Assembly: GCA_964492065.1 (NCBI GenBank)
Contig: CAZBHH010000010.1
Coordinates: forward strand, 14,512-78,511
Direction: 5' to 3'
Length of the DNA: 64,000 bases
From: an uncultured Chitinophagales bacterium
GTDB lineage: Bacteria; Bacteroidota; Bacteroidia; Chitinophagales; BACL12
Both the position numbers and the translations under genes were made by a program. Below are positions 17,766-25,550 of this stretch, piece by piece. The notes beneath the pieces are model-generated. The model did not search any database, was not told the origin of the DNA, and saw only the letters and a list, made by a program, of their open reading frames with translations. Every line of letters starts with the position of its first letter. Position 1 is the first letter of the stretch.

Positions 17766-19148
17766 TTATTTATCTTGTTTTTTCCTGCCTGCCACCTTAT
17801 TGAACAACAGCACCAAATCGCTCAGCGGATTATAAACAGTATTGATACCCATCGTAAAATAAATATGCAATGAGCAACCGAGATTTAATACCGTCCTGGC
17901 AACAGCAGTAGCTATTGCGGCTCCTAACATCCCCATACCGGGGATCAGTAACAGGCTGAGCCCGATGCTCGTAATTGTTGTAAAGATGGCATAGCGCTGG
18001 GTAATCAATTGCCGGCCGGTCATATTCAGTAACTGGGTAACGGGGCCGGTCATGAAATTAATTATCTGGCCGAGGTTAATTACTGCAAAGGTCAAAATTG
18101 CATCCCTGGTTACAAATTCAGAACCATATACGCCCATAATCAATTTCGGAAACAGAAAATATGCTGCCATGATAGGCATGCAAGTCCAGAAGATCAGCCG
18201 GGTGGAAAGGCGCACCGTTTTATTAATTGCCTTTTGATCGTTTTCGCCAAACGCTTCGGCAAACTTCGGCCCTGAAATATTGTTGATTGCTATCAGTGGC
18301 ATAGTGGCAAAGGCCGACATGCGTGCCGCCCCGTTAAATATTCCCACATTATCATCGGTGACGTAGGCAGCTAAAATCAAGGTCCCCAACCAGGTGTACA
18401 GTGTGGTTAAATATTTTGCGGACAGCATGGGCAAAGACACCGCCAGCAATTCCTTACGGCTTATTGTTTTAACCGTTATTTTCTGATAGGGTATAAACTT
18501 CAGCCAGTAATACGCTCCCAGGATAAATGTGAGTATCAGCCCGATTACATACGAAATATTTACTATAATATCTTTAGTTGTAAACAGCAGGCCAATTAAC
18601 AAGATTGCAATGGAAAAGGCTTGTGTGGAAACATTATTAATCCAGGAATACTCTTTAATTTTTTTCAAACCGCGGATACCTTCTTCGATAATACCGCTCA
18701 GGATGAAGAAGAAAATGCCTATGGCAAATACCTGAATATACAGCGTATAAGGTTTGTGATAAACATGTTCGGAAATGATGGGAGCGGTAAAGAACAGGCC
18801 TACGGACAGGAAGAGAGCGAGCGGAATAACCAACTTTATTCCCAGTTGAAATATTTCGTTGACCAAATCATATCGGCCTTGCTTTCTGTACTGTGCAACA
18901 AATCGCGATATTGCCATGTCCACGCCGAACCTTCCAAAAATTCCGATCAGGCTTAGCAGGGAGAAGCAAACCCTGAATACTCCGAAGGCTGCTGCTCCGT
19001 AAAAATTGGTAATTACGAGTTGCTGGGCAAAGCCGAAATTGCGACCGACAATACTGATAAAGAACCCCGAAGCCCCCTTTTTAAAAATCTCGGAGAAGTC
19101 CTGATCTTTAAATTTTTTATTGATTCTTTTTTTAATCTTGCCGAGCAT
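17766..19148 (-). CDS. Wzx-like polysaccharide flippase (MOP superfamily)
   Basis: 460 aa with about 12-14 TM segments. The size and hydropathy pattern are typical of polysaccharide biosynthesis protein / flippase families. Confidence 0.7.
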   Translation of the reverse strand: MLGKIKKRINKKFKDQDFSEIFKKGASGFFISIVGRNFGFAQQLVITNFYGAAAFGVFRVCFSLLSLIGIFGRFGVDMAISRFVAQYRKQGRYDLVNEIFQLGIKLVIPLALFLSVGLFFTAPIISEHVYHKPYTLYIQVFAIGIFFFILSGIIEEGIRGLKKIKEYSWINNVSTQAFSIAILLIGLLFTTKDIIVNISYVIGLILTFILGAYYWLKFIPYQKITVKTISRKELLAVSLPMLSAKYLTTLYTWLGTLILAAYVTDDNVGIFNGAARMSAFATMPLIAINNISGPKFAEAFGENDQKAINKTVRLSTRLIFWTCMPIMAAYFLFPKLIMGVYGSEFVTRDAILTFAVINLGQIINFMTGPVTQLLNMTGRQLITQRYAIFTTITSIGLSLLLIPGMGMLGAAIATAVARTVLNLGCSLHIYFTMGINTVYNPLSDLVLLFNKVAGRKKQDK

Positions 19149-19164
19149 TTTGCCGATACGTTTT

Positions 19165-20235
19165 TTACTTTGACACAGCGCTCTCCTGCATCTCTATCTT
19201 TTCCAGGAATTTATCAGCAAATATTTTAGTAAACATCTCGGCGCCCTGTGTATTCAGGTGCGTTAAATCGAACAGGTTATTGCGGTCGTTGAACTGAGGG
19301 TATTCACTCGGATTGGCAAAAGATATTTTATATTCATCGGGCAATTGATTATACAAGGGCAACAGGTATTCATAGCGGTCGCCCAATCGCTGCGGCAGAG
19401 TAATTACGAATTTAATATCCCTCTCCTTACACGTTTCGATAACTCTTTTTAATAACACTACCATCGTTTTATTTGGGTTGTCCGTTGAGGTTCCATATTT
19501 ATCGAATAATTTCTGACATACTTGTGTGCGGTTATCAATCGTATCCTGAGTGCGCAACACATCGTACCGTATAGATAGATCTCCATTCGGATAATCGTGT
19601 AATTCCTGGTCGAGATTGTAATAACCGTCTTTATTGGGGCCCAGAACCGGCGGTTCCACGTTATAACCGAGATGTTGCTCAAACAATGCGGGGCCAAGGC
19701 CTATCATTAAAGATTTTTCAACAAAGGAGAATGCGTGTATTGCAGGTACTGCGATTTTATTCATCAGTTTATTCTCCGATTCCCAACTCGCCTTCATTAC
19801 CGGTCCGATATTACTCCAGGTGTACCAATACAACATTTCCTTTTTATGGAGATTTTCAGTTCCCATTTTCGTCAACTCACTCAGGTCCATTACAATATAC
19901 TTTATATGGTGGTCGTCCCTTTTAAGTAAATTTTCGATTAAATAAATTGATTGTGGGGTACGATTAGCAGGCAATCCGAAATTAAATGAATTAATATGCA
20001 GCGTTGAATCTGCATTATTGACATATTCATCGAACTCTTTGACATTAAGATGCCGATAGGTTGTTGATGCGCCGATAAACAGAGTGTTAAATGAAGCAGC
20101 ATTTTCTTTATAGTACTGGTATTTGGTATTTAATCTGACGTTTCCCCATGTAAACGGCAATGTATAAACCGCCACCTGGCTCACCGCAAAGTAAAGCAGA
20201 ATTAACAGTGCGATACGTGAAAACAGCTTTTTCAT
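19165..20235 (-). CDS. membrane-anchored SGNH/DltD/AlgJ-like protein, putative O-acyl relay partner of the adjacent MBOAT
   Basis: 356 aa with an N-terminal anchor (IALLILLYFAVSQVAVY) and a C-terminal D..H motif (FDLTHLNTQG) like the catalytic Asp-x-x-His of SGNH-fold enzymes. It lies 5 nt downstream of the MBOAT gene. Confidence 0.45.
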   Translation of the reverse strand: MKKLFSRIALLILLYFAVSQVAVYTLPFTWGNVRLNTKYQYYKENAASFNTLFIGASTTYRHLNVKEFDEYVNNADSTLHINSFNFGLPANRTPQSIYLIENLLKRDDHHIKYIVMDLSELTKMGTENLHKKEMLYWYTWSNIGPVMKASWESENKLMNKIAVPAIHAFSFVEKSLMIGLGPALFEQHLGYNVEPPVLGPNKDGYYNLDQELHDYPNGDLSIRYDVLRTQDTIDNRTQVCQKLFDKYGTSTDNPNKTMVVLLKRVIETCKERDIKFVITLPQRLGDRYEYLLPLYNQLPDEYKISFANPSEYPQFNDRNNLFDLTHLNTQGAEMFTKIFADKFLEKIEMQESAVSK

Positions 20236-20240
20236 ATCTC

Positions 20241-21704
20241 TTAAAACTGAAAGTAAATAAAAGCGGCCTTATTCACCATGGCAAACCAACCGATTAACAA
20301 TAACATTCCCAAATAAAAACTCCAGCGTATTAACAACGGTTTGGAAACAATTCTCTCTTCTATTGTCTGGTCGCCCACTAAATACATTTTAAAATCCATC
20401 ACGAGCAAAAATGCGATAAATATCCAGCTCAAAGCAAACTGCACAATACTGTCGCTACCCTCTAAACTGTTGTGAATAAGGGCATGCGTGGTATTGGGCA
20501 CCGTGAATATACTTTGGATAATGACAAACGATTCGGATACATTTCTTGAACAAAAGAATATATCCGGAATACTCGTCAGGTTAAATACCCAAAACATGGT
20601 TAAAAATGAAGTAAGCCATTTTAGATTCGGCCCAAGATTGAGTTTCAAATTAGGCATAAACTTGTCCGTCGTTCGCCGCAAACTCAATAAAATGCCATGC
20701 GTCACGCCAAATAACACGAATGTCCAGTTGGCGCCATGCCATAAGCCCATCAATGCGAAAGTCAACATGGTGTTATACATCAACCTCCGGTAATTGACAC
20801 GGCTGCCTCCGAGTGGGAAGTACAGGTAATCCCGAATCCAGAACGACAATGTAATGTGCCATCGCTGCCAAAACTCTCGTACTGTTTTTGAGAAATAGGG
20901 TGTCTTAAAGTTATCGGTAAGATTATAACCCATAATTCTCGCCGAACCGATAGCGATATCGCAATAACCCGAAAAATCACAATATACCTGGAAGGCGAAC
21001 ATCCAGGTGGCGAGAACAACGGCAAAGCCGCCGTGTTCACCGGGATTTTGATACACTTCCTGCACAAAAATAGAGAGCCGGTCGGCCACAACGACCTTCT
21101 TAAAGAACCCCCACAGAATTCTGATCAACCCTTCCTTAGCCCGCAGATAATTAAAATCGAATTTTTTCTTCAGTTGGGGCATAAGGTCATTACTGCGTTC
21201 GATAGGTCCGGCTACCAACTGCGGCCAGAATGAAACAAACAATGCGAAATAACCAAAGTGTTGTTCCGCTTTGGCGGTTCCGCGGTATATATCTATGGAG
21301 TAACTTAAAGTTTGAAATGTATAAAACGAAATACCTACAGGCAGGAATAACCGGAATTCCGGCACATTATAAAATATATTGAACTGGTCGAATACCGCTC
21401 TTGCCGAATCATTAAAGAAGTTAAAATATTTAAACAGCAACAAAAGGCCCAGGTTGGAAAAGAGACTTATCAGCATGTACGGCCTTCGCTGTTGCTTTGT
21501 CTCGCACTGGTTCATCTTGAGACCGGTAAAATAGTCTATGGATGTGGAGACGACGATTAAAAATGCATATTCCGGTTTCCAGCACATATAGAAATAATAG
21601 CTGGCCAACAGGGTAAATAACCAACGCCATCTGAAAGGTGTGGCAAAGTACAAGCCGACAACTATCGGCAGAAACAGTAAAAAATGAAAAGAATTAAAAA
21701 TCAT
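20241..21704 (-). CDS. MBOAT-family membrane-bound O-acyltransferase (AlgI/DltB-like)
   Basis: 487 aa, polytopic. Conserved His region FWQRWHITLSFWIRDYLYFPLGGSR and a second His (GLWHGANW), typical of AlgI/DltB. Confidence 0.88.
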   Translation of the reverse strand: MIFNSFHFLLFLPIVVGLYFATPFRWRWLFTLLASYYFYMCWKPEYAFLIVVSTSIDYFTGLKMNQCETKQQRRPYMLISLFSNLGLLLLFKYFNFFNDSARAVFDQFNIFYNVPEFRLFLPVGISFYTFQTLSYSIDIYRGTAKAEQHFGYFALFVSFWPQLVAGPIERSNDLMPQLKKKFDFNYLRAKEGLIRILWGFFKKVVVADRLSIFVQEVYQNPGEHGGFAVVLATWMFAFQVYCDFSGYCDIAIGSARIMGYNLTDNFKTPYFSKTVREFWQRWHITLSFWIRDYLYFPLGGSRVNYRRLMYNTMLTFALMGLWHGANWTFVLFGVTHGILLSLRRTTDKFMPNLKLNLGPNLKWLTSFLTMFWVFNLTSIPDIFFCSRNVSESFVIIQSIFTVPNTTHALIHNSLEGSDSIVQFALSWIFIAFLLVMDFKMYLVGDQTIEERIVSKPLLIRWSFYLGMLLLIGWFAMVNKAAFIYFQF

Positions 21705-21730
21705 ACCCGCCTAATCTCTCTTTAATTTTC

Positions 21731-22873
21731 TCAGGGATTACCATCTTTGGTGCCCGTCTCAGAAATTTCTTTAGATTTATTTTGATATTCCGCAATTAAC
21801 AGTTGCTTTTGTTCCGCTTCTGCTATTGAGTCTTTGTAATACTTTCGTGCGGATAGTATTCCAATACTCAGAAAAGTACCCAGGATAATTCCAAGTATCA
21901 GGAACAACATTTTTTGTTCCTTTTCCTTAATGGTCGAAATGTCTCCGCTATCTACTACAGATATCAGCGGTGTTTTATTCCGCATATCGAATTTTGCCAA
22001 TTCAAGTTGCGTGTACACTGTGCTGTATTCCAGGGTAAGTATTTCAATATCACGCAAAAGGCGGCCCTGGTTTAGCAATCCGGCGGCTTTAACGGTAAAT
22101 GCCGATTGATCCTGAGTCCTGGCCAATGCATCTTCTTTCGCCTGCATCATTAAACGGATTGAATCGGCACGGTCCTGAATTAAGGATACGGTGCTGATTT
22201 CGTTATCTATCTGTGAGAAAATATAAAATTCGGACGCATTACTCGCGAGGTTATCGGCCATAATGCGGGAAAAGTCTCTGTTAAGCGAAGAAAATTCCAA
22301 TTGATTTAAACCTACTTCTTCATTAAAACTAATGGAGAGATCAGCATCTAAAATCTCATCGTAAACCACACTCATTACGCTGTCCTCGTAAACTGTCAGT
22401 GCATTGATATCGCCATGAATTATTCTAAAATCCTTTATTTTTTTCTTTTTAGCCCATTTGGGATACATCTCAATGTAAAAATTCAGCATATAATCCACCC
22501 GGGGTGGTTGCCCTTTTAACTGTATGGTATCTTTTAGCAATAGCGTTTGTTTAATTACCCGCCGCGACTGCACTAACCCGAGGAAATACTCATTCGTAAA
22601 TTCCGATCCGGTGGAAATACCAATTCCAAAAGAACTCGCCAGCGATGCAAGCGACGAGGTGGAAGAACCCTCCACTCCTTTTACCGAGAAATCCGAATGG
22701 GCTATGTAATGCTCAGGGCGCCATTCAATATAATATCGCAGCAGATATCCGGTAACAACAGCGCCAATTAAAATTACCCACCATTTTCTCAACAGGTACT
22801 TCCTGTATTCACCCATCTTTTTAAACAGGTCGCCGATATTTATTTCATCGTTATATGGGCGGTCGTATTGCAT
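21731..22873 (-). CDS. Wzz-like chain-length determinant (polysaccharide co-polymerase) without a kinase domain
   Basis: 380 aa with a two-TM topology (WWVILIGAVVTGYLL near the N-terminus, LFLILGIILGTFLSIGIL near the C-terminus) flanking a coiled-coil-prone periplasmic region. No Walker A motif. Confidence 0.65.
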   Translation of the reverse strand: MQYDRPYNDEINIGDLFKKMGEYRKYLLRKWWVILIGAVVTGYLLRYYIEWRPEHYIAHSDFSVKGVEGSSTSSLASLASSFGIGISTGSEFTNEYFLGLVQSRRVIKQTLLLKDTIQLKGQPPRVDYMLNFYIEMYPKWAKKKKIKDFRIIHGDINALTVYEDSVMSVVYDEILDADLSISFNEEVGLNQLEFSSLNRDFSRIMADNLASNASEFYIFSQIDNEISTVSLIQDRADSIRLMMQAKEDALARTQDQSAFTVKAAGLLNQGRLLRDIEILTLEYSTVYTQLELAKFDMRNKTPLISVVDSGDISTIKEKEQKMLFLILGIILGTFLSIGILSARKYYKDSIAEAEQKQLLIAEYQNKSKEISETGTKDGNP

Positions 22874-22895
22874 ATCAGTAATTAAAGTCTAATTA

Positions 22896-25337
22896 TTATC
22901 TCTTTGAGTTCTGAACCAGGATAAAAATGGTTGCAAACGTTAACACCGATGCACTCATAGTCGTAGCAAACATATTCCAGTCGAATGGTTCTTTTGGAAC
23001 CTCGGGTTCTTCTTCCACTTTCTTTGGCTTGTACGGTACTACCACTTCCGAGCCTTTCACTTTCACCTTGGGATAGAAGTGGAATACCCACAGGAAATTA
23101 TGCGTACGCTTAACCAACCCGTTGGGTTGAACCACATAGGTACGGCTGCGCCGTGCATCATCGCTAAAATTGCGACCGTATTTTTTAACATAGCGCTTTG
23201 CCGATTTCGAACCGTCAAACGGAACGTACACTTCCATTTTTAAAGTATCCTCAAACGGGAAGTCTATTGCACCGCTCAAGGCGACAAGTTCGCCCAGGCG
23301 AGGGACGTTGATGACGTCGCCTTCCTTTAAAATATAATTGTATTTTGAATTGGGATTTTTTACCGCCTTATCGAGGAACAACATGGTCAGGTTGCCGTTG
23401 CCGCGTTTAATTGTCGCACCTTCGGGATAGGCGTATTCAGTGAAACCTCCGGCTCTGACAATCACTTCGGCCAAAGTTTCGGTTTTTGACAGCAGGGTAT
23501 ATACACCCGGATATACCACCTCGCCTTCCAGTGTAATATTCTTCTGAAATTCAAATTCGGGAATGGTTCTGACGAAAACCATATCATAAGGCTGTAATAC
23601 AAAATTCTCCGAAGCGTCTGCTATTTCAAGCGATTTGTTCACATCAATGGTTTCGATTACCACCCGGGTAGGCTCATTGATATTCTTAGCCTCATTAAAA
23701 TTCAGGATACGGGCAATTTCAATTTTGCTGTTGGCAGCATCCACATTTAATCCGCCGGCATAATAGAGCAGATCTTTCAATTTCATGGATTCGTAATAGG
23801 GGAAATCCCCGGGAGTCTTTACCGCTCCTTCAATCTTCACGGTAAAAGTCTGGCGGAATTTTTCCTTGGTAAACACTTCGACCTGGTCGAATTTTGTCAA
23901 CTCAAAATTGAAAGGGGATTTAGGGTTTTTTAATACTTCCTGTAAATTGAATGGAATATAAACCGAATTCAATTTCTCATCTTTCCTGATGAGATATGCC
24001 TTATTCAGATAGGCTTCGTATTTCACCCCTTGTGCTTTTTCAATCAGGTTGGAAATGCGCAGGCCATCACTTAACTCATAGGTGCCGGGATATTTTACAG
24101 CGCCGATAATTGTTACAACATTTTCAACTGTTTCGGGAATTTTGACAAAGGTTATTTTATCGCCGTTAAGCAATATGAAGTCGCTGCCGGAGGCTTTTAT
24201 ACTGTCGTAATTAATATCTACGACAACATTTTCATTATTGATATACCTGCTGATCGTAACAATATTCGTATAGGCGGTCGATTTTAATCCGCCGGCATAG
24301 AACAATAATTTTTCGAGGTTTTCACCTTCTATTAATTCATATTTAAATGGGCGGTTCACTTCGCCGTTAACTTCTACAACACGGCCGATAGGCGGCACTA
24401 CGATATAGTCGTTATCCTGCAGGTAGGTGTCGTCGGAATAGCCGGGATTTGTTAAGAACTGATACACATCCAGGGTCTTAACCACCTGGTTGTTTCTCTT
24501 TACCTGGATATTTCTGATAGAGCCGATATCATTGGGCCCGCCGGCGGCTACCAATGCATTGAACGGCGTATTAATAGAAGCGATATTATACGAACCGGGT
24601 GAAGTCACTTCACCGACTATATTTACTTTTATCGTTTTGGAATAAGTGAGTGATACATCAAAATTTGCGCCGCTCAGATTGATATACGTTCCGAATTTTT
24701 GTTTTAATAACTGTTTGGTTGCCGCATACGTCAATCCCTGTAAATAGATTCTGCCAATGCCAAATGGATTAATATATCCATCGTCGCTCACCGTGAAATT
24801 TTCATTATAACTGGAGACGCCTCCCCAAACGGAAACGGAAATCTGATCGCCTGCACCCATAATATAATTATTGCTGGGCTTGGAGTTGGGGGCTCTTTCA
24901 TATAGTGAAATAGTGGAATTTCTAAAAATGCCCTGGCCATAAATGGCTGCGGCCACATTGGGAGTCTCGTTTGCCTGGGAATCCGGCGATACCGAATCTG
25001 CTTTTGGAACGGTGTCCAGCAATTGTTCGGCGGCGGCGGCAATATTCTGTTGCTGCACATCGCCAAGCATCTCAATGGCGGTAGAGCTTGTACCCGAACC
25101 GGATTCGCCTAATGCGGAAAGTATGGCTGAAACTTCCGAATCGCTAAAGCCCATGGATTTCAACGAACTCTCAGAAACCATCGACGGACTGACAGCCGCA
25201 GGTGATACCCCCGCCGGCGTACCCGAGCCCTGACCGAATGGATCGGTATTTATCAAGTTTGTGTTCGCCTGTCCGAAAATGTTGTTTGAAAATGCCAGAG
25301 TTAAGATCAAAAGCGCAAACGAAGAAAATTTCTTCAT
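22896..25337 (-). CDS. Wza-like polysaccharide export protein with multiple SLBB domains
   Basis: 813 aa with a signal peptide, a Poly_export-like motif (YIMGAGDQISVSVWG) and several SLBB-like repeats (G.V..PG.Y....). A C-terminal hydrophobic helix (MFATTMSASVLTFATIFILV) is analogous to the Wza outer-membrane helix. Confidence 0.8.
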   Translation of the reverse strand: MKKFSSFALLILTLAFSNNIFGQANTNLINTDPFGQGSGTPAGVSPAAVSPSMVSESSLKSMGFSDSEVSAILSALGESGSGTSSTAIEMLGDVQQQNIAAAAEQLLDTVPKADSVSPDSQANETPNVAAAIYGQGIFRNSTISLYERAPNSKPSNNYIMGAGDQISVSVWGGVSSYNENFTVSDDGYINPFGIGRIYLQGLTYAATKQLLKQKFGTYINLSGANFDVSLTYSKTIKVNIVGEVTSPGSYNIASINTPFNALVAAGGPNDIGSIRNIQVKRNNQVVKTLDVYQFLTNPGYSDDTYLQDNDYIVVPPIGRVVEVNGEVNRPFKYELIEGENLEKLLFYAGGLKSTAYTNIVTISRYINNENVVVDINYDSIKASGSDFILLNGDKITFVKIPETVENVVTIIGAVKYPGTYELSDGLRISNLIEKAQGVKYEAYLNKAYLIRKDEKLNSVYIPFNLQEVLKNPKSPFNFELTKFDQVEVFTKEKFRQTFTVKIEGAVKTPGDFPYYESMKLKDLLYYAGGLNVDAANSKIEIARILNFNEAKNINEPTRVVIETIDVNKSLEIADASENFVLQPYDMVFVRTIPEFEFQKNITLEGEVVYPGVYTLLSKTETLAEVIVRAGGFTEYAYPEGATIKRGNGNLTMLFLDKAVKNPNSKYNYILKEGDVINVPRLGELVALSGAIDFPFEDTLKMEVYVPFDGSKSAKRYVKKYGRNFSDDARRSRTYVVQPNGLVKRTHNFLWVFHFYPKVKVKGSEVVVPYKPKKVEEEPEVPKEPFDWNMFATTMSASVLTFATIFILVQNSKR

Positions 25338-25357
25338 AGTTATGGTAAAATTTCGTG

Positions 25358-25365
25358 CAAAGATA
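25358..25365 (-). promoter_or_regulatory. candidate -7 box (TATCTTTG on minus strand) upstream of the polysaccharide operon
   Basis: Plus-strand caaagata is the reverse complement of TATCTTTG, 20 nt upstream of the Wza-like ATG (25337). No well-spaced -33 TTG was seen. Confidence 0.4.
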
Positions 25366-25550
25366 AAAGGAATGACAAATATTAATGAAAATTAAAATGC
25401 AATGACATTAATTTTTCAAACCCCATTCAAGACGTGCATAGAAAACAGTCCGTTGCACAATTCCCCGTATTAAAAAAGGGTTAAAGCCTTTTATGGTGCG
25501 CTGCTGCTGCAAAAGGGCAGATGAAAATTTTCGGGTTTGCCATTGCGGAA

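Noticed and set aside
22882-23091. 69-aa ORF overlapping the 3' end of the Wza-like gene.
   Set aside because: It is an alternative frame of a strongly supported gene, with Arg/Gly/Ser-rich shadow composition.
25472-25493. Weak hairpin (aaagg/ccttt) followed by a T-run on the minus strand, considered as a metG terminator.
   Set aside because: The stem is only 5 bp and AT-rich, which is below what I would accept as an intrinsic terminator.
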